Source: Lama glama
Lineage: Eukaryota
DNA: 64,000 nucleotides
NCBI GenBank assembly: GCA_028534125.1
Contig: CM052818.1
Span: forward strand, 45,572,001 to 45,636,000
Direction of reading: 5' to 3'
Below are positions 51,139 through 63,744 of this stretch, in pieces. The notes beneath the pieces were generated by a model. The model saw only the letters and a program-made list of their open reading frames with translations. It did not search any database and was not told the DNA's origin. A program made the position numbers and the translations under genes. Each line of letters opens with the position of its first letter. Positions within the stretch are counted from its first letter, which is position 1.

Positions 51139-51830
51139 CTACAGACTGGGTGACTTAAACAGCAGACATTAACTCCTCACAATTCTGGGGACAGGCAGCC
51201 TGAGATCAAGCTGCTGGAAGATGTGGCTTCAGGAAGAAGCTTTCCTGGAAGCTTCCCAAGGGACCAGAGAATGCCCCCCTCTCTCCAACACCCCAGTCAG
51301 GGGAGCCCCCTGGGGGTGAACTGGACCAACAGGAGACGACAAAGTGGGCAGACGTGACTCCTTCCTTCCTCTCTTGGGGCTGTCGTAAGGTGCCTGGGAG
51401 CCTGGGGAGCCCTGCTGCCTCCCGGCTGCTCCCTGGGGAAGAGGGGCTCTCGCTTCTGGTGTTGCGTCATGCTCATGGCCCTGGGCTTCCACTTCCCCAG
51501 CAGAGAGGCAGCTCTTGACTCTTTGCCTGGTGCCCTGACTTCTAAAGGGCTGCGGCCAAGGCATGTGCTGTTCCTGGTCTTGTGTCCGAGGGTGGGAGGG
51601 CATCAGGAGGTGGTGATACTGCTGAGCTGGGTGTGGGAAGTGTCCAGGGGGCTTTCCTGGCACGAGGGCAGGTGTGAGGGGGCCGCTGCCACTCCCACCC
51701 TGCATGGCCCACCTCTAAACCACTTGCCTGACGGAACAACCTCTCGTGAGTCTGAGACTCTGTGGTCCGTCCCTGACGTAGTCAGTTTGGGCTGCTGTAA
51801 CAAAACACCACAGCACAATAGACAATAGAC

Positions 51831-52369
51831 TTTTTTTTTTTAAGTGAAAGCAAGTTTATTTAAGAAGATACACACTCCATAGACAGAGTGGGGTCTCTCA
51901 CCCAGAAGGGAAGGCAGCTTGGGAGATATACCTTCCATAGGCGAATGTGGGCCATCTCCAAAGGCGAGAGGGACAGAGACAGAGAGGTGTGGGGGTGTTT
52001 AGTTCAAAGTAAAACTAGATACACACTCACACAGAATGGGGGCCATCTCAGAAGGCAAGAGAGACAGCGACCACGAGGTGTAGGGCTGTTCGTTTTTGTG
52101 GGCTCAGTGATTTGATATGCTAATGAGTAAGAGGATTATTCCAATTATTTGGGGAAAGGGGTGGAGATTTCCAGGAATTGGGCCCCCATCTACTTTTTGA
52201 CCTTTTATGGTCAGTATGGAACTGTCATGGCGCCTGCGGGTGTCCCATGGGGCTCAAGGTCTCCTGGAAGTCGAATCTCCCGCCATCTTGGTTCCAACCT
52301 GTTAACCTGTCCTCAATGGCTGTGTCACTCCTTCAGTGGTTGTGCCCTGCCCCCTTCCATCCTGTCTCA
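51831..52369 (-). mobile_element. Lineage-specific ERV1-type LTR
   Basis: tttatt (minus-strand AATAAA) near 51855; three internal agatacacactc/ggccatctc repeats; ends in ...gtctca. Confidence 0.65.
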
Positions 52370-52479
52370 CAGGCATTCAGTCCATTACAAGCTCACAGGA
52401 AAACCCAGCTGTAGTGGTTACGCACCCTCTGCTGTCCCCCACCTAAAAAAATAGTAACAACACATCCTTCCCAGAATTC

Positions 52480-53290
52480 CATGCTCCTCTCCATTTGCTG
52501 CCCTCTTCCTCTTCCCTTTCTTTCTTAAATGCCTGATGATTTGAAAGGACTCATGATCTCCTCTCACATGCCTTCCATTTGTTCTTGGGTCAAGCTGGCC
52601 GCCCGAGGACTCCTGCCCGAAAGTGGACCTCACCTGTGATCCAACCCTTTCTCCCTCCTCCTCCATCCAACCCACCACCAAGTCCCCATAGTCCAGCTTC
52701 CAGAATATTCCTGACATCTGTCTGCTCCTCTCCATCTCCCTGACCACTGCCAGCATCTCACACTTGGCTTTCAGGAAGAGCTTCTCTCTCGTTCTGGTGA
52801 CCACTCTTTCCTCACCACCCGCAGAACAGATCAGCTCTTCGATCGCGAATAGATCGTGCTGCTCCCCTCAAAGCCCCTCACTGCTCTCAGGAGTCTGACC
52901 TACGGGGCGTTGCCTGATGCCCACCATGACCTCACCAGCCTCATCCCTTCCTGTTCCTCCAAAACCCCACACTCAGCCCCAGGTTGTCCACAGGCACTGT
53001 GGTCTCTGCTGAAATACTCTGGCCCCCCAGGCTCCTCTTTCCCAGCCCTTGCTCCTTCTTAAGGTCCCAACTTGGATGTCACTTGTCAGACAGCCTGCCC
53101 GGAACCTCACTCCAGCAGGTAAGAACCCCCCTTTCACCTGTCAATAGCATCCCTGGCAATTGTGACCAGTTAACCAGGTGTGTGCTTATCTGATTAACAT
53201 CTACCTCCCTGACCAGCGGTGAGCTTCGTCAGGCGGGGACAATGCCTTAGAACAGTGCCTGGTACACAAGTGTTCGCTGAAGGCATGAAG
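52480..53290 (+). mobile_element. L2 LINE fragments
   Basis: tctcctctccatctccctgaccactgcc-like segment...; 3' gtgagcttc...gccttagaacagtgcctggtacac. Confidence 0.65.
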
Positions 53291-54473
53291 GTGTGAAAGC
53301 ATTTTTAAATATAGGGAAATTGAAGTTCTGAAAGAGGAAGCAGTCAGCCTGAGGTCCCAGAGTCGGTGCTCAGCAGAACCGGGACTGGGATCCAGGTCTC
53401 CTGGCCCCGAGGCAGTCACTATTTGTGGGTCCTCAGGCCCTGAGAGCAGAAAGAGAGAGGGGCGAGCGGGTGGGGGATCTGAAGGACTATGTGGGATCTG
53501 TGGGTGAGGGGAGCAGGGGAGAGAAGAGGCGAGAAACTCAGGCTCCTGGTTCAGGTGTTGGGTGGACAGGAGCACCATTGTCTGAGCACTGGAGGGTGAA
53601 GGCTGCAGAGGGGAGAGAAGGTCATGGTGAGCCATGGGCATCCACGAGGCTGGTTATACAAGAACAGGGCTGGGTGAGGGGCAATCCAGGGGGACAGCCA
53701 GGAGGAGGTGATTGAGCCTGGTGAGGAGAAGCACCAGGGAAGATGTGAGAGGGAAACAGAGACAAGCTTTGAGCCTGTGAAACCAGCGACTGCCACCTTC
53801 CCGGGCTGGGGGAGCAGCCAGGCCTTTTCTCAACCCCCTTTCAGTTTGTGAAAACTGAAGAAAAGAAACTTGCCGTTCTCTCCAAGCCAACAGGAGAGCT
53901 GAAGGGCAGGCGGGGGCCGCAGCACCCACAGAAAACAGCTCTCCGTGGGAATTCTCTTATTTCTGGTCTGGCCCACCTGTGTTAGAAATTTACCCTTTTA
54001 AGCTATTTCAGGACCTGAAACCAGATTAAGTTGAAGAAATCATTATGGGCCCTTTCTCTGTAAGGTTATCTAATGAGACATTTAAAATAGAATTTAACTG
54101 TTTTACAGTTTGATTGACATTCAGCCTTCCAGGTCACTGCACAAAGGGCCATCCACTTGTATGCAGAGAATCACTTACAAACCCTCTTTCCCCAAGCTTT
54201 CTGGACTGGTGTTGATTTAGTTCATCAAAAATTTGGTTGAAGGGGAAAATTATTTTTAAAAACTCAAAACATGTTAAAATTTGTATTTTTAACTTAAATT
54301 ATATACAACTACATCCATCAGTCAACTTTGGTGTCAGAGCAAAGCCTTCTCTGAGCTCAGGTCACGTGGTCGGAGCACTAGCTGGTCTCACATCAGCAGC
54401 GCCCACATCGTACTCCTTGACTCCTATTTCCTACTTCTTTAAAATCTGAAGAGCATTTAAGAGCACTTGTGAA

Positions 54474-54780
54474 GGGGAGGGAACAGCTTAGTGGTAGAGC
54501 GCATGCCTAGCATGCACAGGTCCTAGGTTCAATCCCCAGTGCCTCCATTAAAAATAAATAAGTAAATAAACCTAATTACCTCCCCTCAGAAAAAAATTTT
54601 TTTAAAGAATACATTAAAAAAATAAAATAGGGAGAGGGTATAGCTCAAGTGGTAGGGCACATGCTTAGCATGCATGAGGTCCTGGGTTCAATGCCCAGTA
54701 CCTCCTCTAAAAAATTATATAAATCTAATTACCCACCCCCACAAAAAAACCTAAAAAGTTAAAAATAAAATAAAATAAAA
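54474..54780 (+). mobile_element. Two tandem young tRNA-derived SINEs (54474-~54600 and 54630-~54780)
   Basis: ggg(g)agggtatagctcaagtggtag.gcacatgcttagcatgcatgaggtcctgggttcaat body with A/B boxes and aaacctaattacc tail. Confidence 0.92.
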
Positions 54781-55126
54781 GCATTTGAAATTGAAACAAC
54801 ATTGTAAACTAACTACATTTCAATACTATATATATATACAATATATACTATATATATATACACACAATATATACAATACTATATATATATATATGTATAT
54901 ATGTATATACAAGAAAAAAACACACTTGTGAAACAACCCGAGTGCAGGCCCCTTTTAAATTGTTATTGTTTTTTCTGTGGTTCTTTTAGGAAGGCCTTCT
55001 CCTGCGTGCGGGTTATCCGTTGCTCTGTAACAAATCCCTTCAGTACTAAGTGCCTGGAAGCTATGAGATCGTTCATTCTCTCAGTGTCTGTAGCCAGGAA
55101 TTCAGGAAAAAACTGGCCAATACAGG

Positions 55127-55608
55127 TGTTGACTGAAAAAAAATTAAAAACCACATACAATCAAAAGTTTCAAGTCACGTTTTATTTAAAGACCTTCCTG
55201 AGGACCATAGCCTGGGAGACGGCCTCTCAGATTGCTCTGAGGGACTGTTCCAAAGAGGTAAGATGGGGGCCAGGATATATAGATTTTGCTGGAAAAAACA
55301 AAAACAAGACAAAATAAAACAAAAAACCCATGTAATCGAAAGATTACTGCTAATTGTGAAAAACAGACGTCTCAAGTTAATGATTTTAGTGCTTTTCTAT
55401 GTATGGGAAGATGCAAGAGTCTGGGCTCATAGAAACTATTCCTTTGATACTCATCTTAACTATCTGGGACTAGTCTCCTGTTTTTCTCCATTCTGAATTT
55501 CCATGAGGGCGCACCGATGGGGGAGTGGGGGCTGCCGTGGCTAATAACTTAATGGAAAGCAACACTCTTTGTTTACTGAGATGGCAGGTGACATTTTTTT
55601 CGCCCACA
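55127..55608 (-). mobile_element. Complete ERV1 solo LTR (artiodactyl MER41-like) inside an older MLT1 LTR (~55010-55935)
   Basis: TG...CA termini with 4-bp TSD cagg (55123-55126 and 55609-55612); family from recalled consensus. Confidence 0.75.
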
Positions 55609-56034
55609 CAGGTCTGCTCAGGGTTTCTCATAAGGCTGCAGCCGGATGGCAGGTGAAGGATGGGGGTCACTGCAGGGTCCACTTCCACATCTGCTCCCTC
55701 ACCGGGCTGGTGCCAGCAGGTGATGGGAAGCCTCAGCTCCCCTCTGCGTGGGCCTCTCCAAGAGGCTTGCGTGTCCTTAAGGTATGACAGCTTCCTCCAG
55801 AGCAGGAAGACTCTCAGTGTCACTTACACTGTGTTATCTCGGCCCCACAGAGCTGTCCTGAGGGAGAGGGCTTCACAAGGGCGAACACTGAGAGGTGAGA
55901 ATCGCAGGGGTCCCTCATGGAGACTGGCTATGGCACCCAGCTTCGTTCAACAGCAATATATTTAAAGCAATTTACCTATAATCAATCTTTTCCAAAGCAT
56001 TTAATTTAGCGTTCAGAGAGACAGCTCTTTAATT

Positions 56035-56215
56035 AAAAAAAATTTTTTTAAACTGAAGTATAGTCAGTTTACAATGTTGTGTCAGTTTCTGGTGTACTGC
56101 ATCATGTTTCAGTCATACATGTACCTACATGTATTCATTTTCATATTCTTTTTTATTATAGGTTACTACACGATATTGAATATAGTTCCCTGCGCTACAC
56201 AGTAGAAACTTGTTG
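56035..56215 (-). mobile_element. Young L1 3' tail
   Basis: tgaagtatagtcagtttacaatgttgtgtcagtttctggtgtac...gatattgaatatagttccctg. Confidence 0.85.
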
Positions 56216-56240
56216 AAACACCTCTTTAAATTCACATTTT

Positions 56241-56384
56241 GGGGAAGGGTGTAGCTCAAGTGGTAGAGCGCATGCTTAGCGTGCACGAGGTCCTGGGGTC
56301 AATCCCCAGTACCTTCTCTAAGAGTAAATCAATAAATAAACCTAATTAACTCCTCCCACCAAAACAAAACAAACAAAAAATAAA
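56241..56384 (+). mobile_element. Young tRNA-derived SINE with TSD
   Basis: ggggaagggtgtagctcaagtggtagagcgcatgcttagc...; flanking repeat taaattcac at 56227 and 56385. Confidence 0.9.
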
Positions 56385-56902
56385 TAAATTCACTTTTATC
56401 ATTTTATGTGTATCTAATACACAATGTCATTTTAGTGACAAGCATAACTAATATAAGTGGGTTTGGGAATAGGCTGGACTGGCAGGTGGACAGGTGCCAG
56501 CAGCGGGAGCAGCCCCATGCCAAGGGCGTACCTGGGAGGGCCCACGGCCAAGAGCAGAAGGCACTAATGGGCGTCGATGGGGACCGCAGAGCATCAGTTA
56601 CCTGGGGCCTAGTGTGCCGTCAGGGCCCAGAACCCTCGAGAGGGTTGAAGAGTCTGTGTGCCCAGACCCACTATTCACCTCTTCTGTGAACCTAGGAGCT
56701 GTACAAAGTGTGTGCATCTGGTTTAAGAGAAGCTTAATTCACTCCAATAAGCGTTCCCGGAACACCCAAACATCCAGGCACTGATGTGGAGATGAATTCT
56801 TCTCCAGGGAAGTCACCGTCCAGTGAGGGAGACATCCAGGTATAGAGAGCTTTTCAACAAGGAGCTTGCTGGCGGAGGGCATTGCGTAGGGGGGAGGGGA
56901 AG

Positions 56903-57297
56903 CGCACTAGTCCACTGCGACTGCCGTAGCAAATGCCACAGGTTGCCGGGCTTGACGACAGAAATGTCTTCTCTCTCAGTGCTGGAGGCTGAGAGGCTGG
57001 GAGGCTGGGAGGGAGGTGTCCACAGACATGACTTCTCCTGAGGCCTCCCTCCTCGGCTTGCAGGTGGCCGTCTTCTCCCCGTGTCCTCACGTGGCCGTTC
57101 CTCTGTCTGAGTTCTCTGTGTCCTCATCTCCTCTACTTATAAGGACACCAGTCATGTCGGATCAGGACCCATTCACATGACCTCATTTCGCCCTGATCAC
57201 CTCTTTCAGGCCCTTTCTCCAAATTCAGTCATTCTGAGTTACTGGGGGTTGGTACTTCCCTGTAGAAGTTTGGAGGGGACACAGTTCAACCCTAGCA
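56903..57297 (-). mobile_element. MLT1A-like MaLR LTR
   Basis: ctcctcggcttgcaggtggccgtcttctccccgtgtcctcac...cttataaggacaccagtcat...gacacagttcaaccctagca. Confidence 0.85.
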
Positions 57298-58811
57298 GGG
57301 AGGGAAGGGTATCCACTCTAAACGGGGCGATCCCACTGGGCTTCGAGAGCAGGCACTGCCTCAGCTGAGTCCTGACGGGTGAACAGGAGTTTTCCTGGCA
57401 GAGAGAGGGTGGGGTGGGGGGCTCTGAGTGAACAGTGGGAGGGGAGGAGATCACAGCCCTTCAGTGTGGAATGAGGGGTACCTGGGTCCCTTCCCCGCAC
57501 CTTGCCTTCTATTCAGCGCTCAGCTCCCGCCTCTAGGAAGGGAGGATTGGGAGGTCCCTCAGCAGGGTCCAGCCCACACACCAAGGCCTGAACCAGTGTT
57601 GTCACTGCTACCTGGAGGGAGTCACTGGTGTGTAATTTGGCCTTGAATGTGGAAAGTTAAATCAGCTGGAAAGAGTAAAAGGAAGTTGGAAAAAATTTTT
57701 GACTCAGCTACAACCACAGCAGTGATAAAGAGATGGTGAGGTCACTAGGCCTTTTGGAAAATATGAATCGGCCAGACGGTCTGAAGGAAGAAGAGAAAAG
57801 CAGAGCTGGCGAGTCCCTCCCCTGCCTGTGTGTGCAGTCCTGGGGGTGGGGGTGGGGGTGTGCGGGGTCTGGCCCTGTGGGACGACGTCCCCTTTGAAAG
57901 AACCTTCCCCATCAGGCAGTGGTCTCCTCTTCCCAGCTTTGCTGCAGTTGGATGTTTGACTCCAATTCTTGGGAAGGAGAAGGTGGGTCATATGTGCTCC
58001 TTTTCCTGATGTAAGCCTCACAATGGAAGGAAATGCTCATCACAGGAAGCAGAGGTAGTGGGCGCGCGCGCACACACACACACACACACACAGAGGAATG
58101 GGTTCAGAGTACCACAGGTCTGGTCAGTTTCCCCTAAATTAGCGCATTCACTGTGTTCCAGGCCCCCTACCTCTAAAGTGGAGCCAGACCATTAAAACCT
58201 GACTCCGGGGGTCCTTCAGGATGGGGAATTCCTGGCAGAGTGCCAACCTCAGGGGACAGCCCTCAGGGGACAACAGGCCAGGTAAGGGCTGACCCTGCAC
58301 CGCCAGAGAGGCAAAGCCCAAATCACCAAACAGATTGGGCTCAGGGGTCCTAAAAGGATGGATCCCTCCAAAGGTCTAAGCAGAGCGTGGACCCGCTGGG
58401 GCTGTGGGGGGACAACTCATTGGTTGCTAGAAAGTGCCACTCCTCAGTACAGTTTGATTCATTCTTTTAAAGTTTCTGTCTGGGAGCTGTTTCATAATTT
58501 CCTTCACACATCAGTACAAGAACACTTGTGCACGATGTGAATGAATTAACAGTACACAGTAGGGTGCGGGCTCGAAACCTCTTTCCTGTAGAGATCATGG
58601 TCACAACACCTAGAGCCCACACCCCCTGCCTGGCATTCAGGGCTTTGAAGAAGCACCTCCCTTCACCCAACCATCCTGCTAGATCTGGGGTGAGCCCTCC
58701 CCCCGGGGCAGTGGCTGATGAGCTGTTGGGAGGGGCTGGCTCTGCCCTTTTCCTGAGGTCAAGGAGGAGCCAATTAGATAAGTCCTTCTAGTGTAAATAG
58801 AGCCAGATACA

Positions 58812-58822
58812 CCGCGCACGCG

Positions 58823-58862
<40 letters not shown>

Positions 58863-58870
58863 AACACACA
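58812..58870. repeat. (CA)n microsatellite (similar tracts at 58062-58091, 59560-59583 and 62444-62462)
   Basis: Dinucleotide runs seen directly. Confidence 0.95.
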
Positions 58871-59965
58871 CTTCACACTCAGACTGGAATGTCAGGTTTA
58901 CAAGATCTGGCATGGGGTGTCTTGGGCAGGGCTGGCCTGATAAGGCTCCTTGCTGGCCCGAGGAAGGGGATTGATACCAGGAGGGGCAGGATGGCCTGGT
59001 TAACACCCTTGGCCCATCTGCCTGGTAGAGCCAGGCAGCCCTTGTGGGCTTGGTCTCTGGGCACCGTCCTCCTGGAGAAGCCCTTAAAAACCCGGGTGAG
59101 CACCCCCCAGCCCCTGCTGCTCCAGTGGAAGGCTCCAGACCCTGGAGCAGACTCCAGCCCTCTCATTTCACAGCTGGTGAGCTGAGGCCGTGAAAGAAGA
59201 AAGGATGTGCCCAAGGTCACTTGGCTGGTCAGTCACAGCTCCTTCCGTGATGTCTCCAGGGCCATCCTTGCCCCTCTGTGCCTGTGTGTCCAGCCCTGGG
59301 TGCCCAAGGACCCTGGGGGTACAGAGAGGCTGGCCCAGGCTGGGCCCAACCACAGCAGGAGCTGATGGGGTGGGGGTTCTTCTCGCTGCCAGACCTGTTC
59401 CAGATCCTCCAGAATGGTTGGGACCATTCATGGGACTGAGGACCAGCCACGAACACCCCTGGATGCCCTCCACCCTCACTCCCTCCCCACCTTTCAAAGT
59501 CAGAAAACCTGGCTCACCTGACTTATGCTGGAGCTTAGGGCCAGAAACAGGCCAGCAGGGGTGTGTGTGTGTGTGTGTGTGTACACGAAACTACTCCCTA
59601 CCTGCCATTTACACAGCTTCTGTAGTTTTGGCTTCTTGTTGGGGACACGCCCTGATACCCAGGGAGCAGAGGGAAAGGTGATAAAGCCAATATTTGCACA
59701 GAGCTCACAGCTTCAAAGCCATATCCCTTTCCCCACACTTGGCCTCTTGGATCCTCTCTGGCTCTGAAGTGGATCTGATTTGCCATTCCCCCAGGTGGAA
59801 GAGGAGATGGGGGTGCAGAGAAATGAAAGGATTTGCCCAGAGCCATGTGGGCCTGGTACTGTAGAGGCTGCCCCCAAACCCTGTCCCCTGTTTCAAGTTC
59901 AGAGTCATTTGCAATGTCTCCAGGTGACATAGCAATAGCTTTTATGCCGTGACCAGGGCTGGCTC

Positions 59966-60471
59966 TAGCATGCTCAGACTTTTGGGTCTCAGGACCCCTT
60001 CCACTCTCAAAAATTATTGAGGACCCCGGAGATACTTTGTGTATGGGGTTTATATTTATCAATATATTGTATTAGAAATTAAAGCTTTGAAATTTCAAAA
60101 ATATTTTTCTTAATCAACTTAAAAATAAGAAGTCCATGGCATAATAATATTTTAAATGAAAAAGACCCTATATTTTCTAAAATGAAACAAATTTTGTGAG
60201 AAGAGTGGCAGGCATTCTTTTACTTTTTTGCAAATATCTTCAATGTCTGGTTTGGTAGCGGGTTTGCATACTTGCTTCTGCATTTAATCTATTATAATAG
60301 TGCACACATCTAGAAGACTCCACAGTACCTTCATGAGAGAACCAGAGAACCAGGATAATGAAAGCAAATAATGTCTTACTATTATCATGGAAATAGCTTT
60401 GATCTGTAGATCCCTTGAAAGGGTCCTGGGGGAACCCCTGGGGTGCCCTTGGATCGCACTTTGAGAACTGT
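59966..60471. mobile_element. hAT-Charlie (Charlie1-type) internally deleted DNA transposon
   Basis: Termini gctcagacttttgggtctcaggacccctt ... cactttgagaactg; AT-rich interior. Confidence 0.7.
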
Positions 60472-63343
60472 TGCACTGCACTCTCTGGGGTATGGTTTGC
60501 CTCACCTTTCATCTTCTCTCACTACAGCTCCTTGATTCTAAGCTGCCCGCACCCCTGCCCCGGCCACACACACACAATAAAGTTTGTGAAATCCTGATGA
60601 ATCCAGTCATTGCATTTGGTTTATCCCCTCCCCTCATGCTCTTTTCCAGTTGCAGTTGCACCGTTTAGTAGGTGGCCTCAGAATCAGGGGCACTGTTTAT
60701 AACGGTCATTGACGGGAGATCCTGCAGGCTGCCCTCAGCACAAGGGCTGGCACACATTAGCTGGAAAGTAAATGGAGCCGAGGCTGGGTGCCAGCCCTGG
60801 GGCAGAGGTGGAGGGGAGCCCTGACCAGGTCAGCGTGCAGCCCCAGCCTGAGTTCACAGGAAGTTCTCTGCCCCCTCCAGCATGTGTGTTCTGTCCAGGG
60901 ACAGGCTACTGCACTATTGTCTCTGAGTCTGCCCCCCTCCACCTGGCTGTGGGCATCTGGAGGGAGGGGGAGTGCCTTTTCCATCCTCATAGCCCAGTCA
61001 CCAAGCTCGGCTGGCACCAAGCTGACTCTCAGGTGTAGGAGAAAGGAGGCCGCCAGGTTGTGCCCTGCCAGCTAAGGAAACCTTAGTTCCCAAAGACCCA
61101 CTCCCGGGAGCGGATGGAGGGCAGCCGGAGGAGACGGGCTGTTTCATGCAGGACAGCTGCTGAACGGCAAAGCCAGGGTGCAGCCCGACACACAGGGAAG
61201 CTCTGTTTTGGCAGCTGCTCAGGGCCTCTGAAGATAAGCTGCGTGGTGCCAGCAGGCAGGGAGCTCCACTCCGCACAGAGGTGCTGTTTGGAAATCCTGC
61301 CGAGTTAAGTCAACTTGAGAAGACCATGGCTCCAGGCAAGGGCAGGGATGTCCTCCACTGGGCGATCCCCCCAGGTCAGGCTGCCCTGGACACCGCCCCC
61401 TGCCTTCTCAGAGTCACTGGGGAATTTTTCTCATGCATGTTGTTTTGGGGCCCAGCATGGTCCCCATCGCAACGCTTGGTACCTAATAGGGGTTTGTGGG
61501 ACTGAATATTTTAAACGCACCAGGAAATGTGTAACGAAAGGATCTGCAAGGGGGCTTAGCTGCCAAGCGAAGTTTTCATCTGGGCTGAGACTTGTGGCGA
61601 CGGCGCTGACTCATGTGGGTTTTTCTATATTGGGTTTTCTTAAAATGGAGCCCACTGGGTACTTGTAGCTAAGGCAGCTGGAATGTTCAGGAATTCTTGG
61701 CCAGTCTGGGTAGGATGTCTTCAGACGGGTGAGCTTGATTCTTCCTCTAGGGGAGGTGACTGCGTGAGAAAGGCCCTGAAGGCCCAGGGGGACGAGCCCT
61801 GGGCAAGACCAGCACCTCCAGTGTGTGTGTCTGGGGTCCAGGGGAGAACCCGAGCTCTACTGAGCCTGCAGCCCTTACCAGGTTTTCTTGTGCAGACAGA
61901 TGCCAGCTGTGAGTTGGAAAATTCTAGAATACTCACAGGACTTCACGAAAGGTGAGAGAGAACAAGACTGGAACCGGACACCAGGGCAGCCCCCTCGGTA
62001 ATTCTAAACTGCTCGGAACCCAGCAAAGAAAGGGGGCCCACCATGCAGGGCTGGGTCTTCCCTCTCGTTCCAGGCAGGGCTGAGGGGGTGGGGGGTGGAG
62101 GAGGAGGTGGGGTGAGGGGCCCAGAAAAGACCCTCCAATACCTAAGACAATTTTCTACTTTAATCCTGGAACTGTTTCTAAAAGGCCTACATCAATGGCT
62201 CACTTTTGGGGTTAAGTCAGTGAAGATCTGTTTTACAAACACACGTATCTGAGAAACCCAGGCTTTTCAGGTTGGGGTGTGACTGCCTTTGGGGGCTGGG
62301 CTGTGGGATGCCAGGCGGTACACAAAGCCATCTGCTAGATGTTGTGTCTTCCTGGCGTGCCCTTTGCTCACAGACTGGGAGGGAAAGCATGATTTTTATG
62401 TTAAAAAAAATATGGATATCTTTTGGAAGTGAATGGAAAAAAAGTGTGTGTGTGTGTGTGTGTAGGGGAGGTGTGGGTTTCAGATTACAACCAGGAATCT
62501 TCAAGGACATTTCTAGTTTGCGGGCAGACCCCCTGAGATACACTAAGACACTCCCACCCTCCAGGCACACTCATTCTCAAACTTCTGCCACCAGGGGCTC
62601 TCGAGTGGAAAGTCTGAGCGACCACTTTATTAAGTTATACAATCCATCAGTGCCTAGTGCTTGATCAGGTTTAGAGCTGGCCAGTCATGGGGCATCAGGG
62701 ACTGGCACTGGGGACCTCCAAGCTTGACCTCTTGAGCCCAGGGAAACATGTCCACCTGCCCAAGGAAACGAAGCTTGGCCCAGAGTCCACTGATTCCACT
62801 CTGGACACTTTCCTTGAACTGTTGGGGAAGAGACTGAGATCCTGACCTGGCTACCAGGACAGACCACAGCTGGTGTTAAGGAATGATGTTAAGTCTCCAT
62901 CCGGGAGACCAGGGGCCTCTACGGCAGCCTCCCATGGAAACTCAGAGGAGGTGGGAAGGAGAGAGCCTGTGTCAGAGCCTTTCAGGGAGAAACCCTGCCT
63001 GTCTTTGGACTTGGAGTTGCAGGCATGAGTGGGGCACCTCAGGCTGCGTGCAGGAGTCCTGGGGTCAAGTTTGCCCTCTGGCTGAATGCTTTTAAGCAAG
63101 TCCCACCCCCCATGAGCCTCACAGTGTCCCCTGGGGAATCATTCCAAGGTCTCTCCCAGCCTAGACCTCTGGGCTGCAGACTCAGATCTGCCAGAACTGG
63201 GAAGGACAGAGCACGGTCCCAGAGGCAGTCAGCCAGAAGCTGCCTCCAGGGTGTGTCTTCCTGGAGGAAAGGGGGGCCAGTGCTCTTGCCACAGGGACGG
63301 ACTCTGGACTGCCCAGCCTGCTGTCCCAGGACCTCTGTCTACC

Positions 63344-63735
63344 TGTGGTCAGCTAATAGCCCCCAAAGGCACCCAAATCCTAATCCCGGAACCTAGGGAT
63401 GTTACCTTCTGTGAAGAAGGGGTCTTCACATGTGTGATTAAATTAAGGATCCTGAGACTGGGAGATTATCCTGGACTACTGAGTGGACCCTAAACACAAC
63501 CACAGGTGTCCTTCTGCAAGGGAGGAAGAGAGAGCTTTTACCAGAGAGGAGAAACAATGTGAGGACAGAGCAGAGAGAGGTTTGAAGATGCTTGGCGGCT
63601 GGCCTGAAGACGGAGGAAGGACCACTGAGCCAAGGAAGTGGGTTCTCCCCTTGAGCCCCACAGGCACTGGATTTTAGCCTCCTGAAACTGATTTGAGACC
63701 TCTGGCCTCAGAACTCTAAGAGAATAAATGTGCGG
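63344..63735 (+). mobile_element. MLT1D-like MaLR LTR
   Basis: gtgattaaattaaggatcctgagactgggagattatcctgga...ctggcctcagaactctaagagaataaatg. Confidence 0.85.
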
Positions 63736-63744
63736 GGGTTTTGT

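Noticed and set aside
54474..56384. tRNA-like sequences with A/B boxes
   Set aside because: Heads of tRNA-derived SINEs with A-rich tails and TSDs, not tRNA genes
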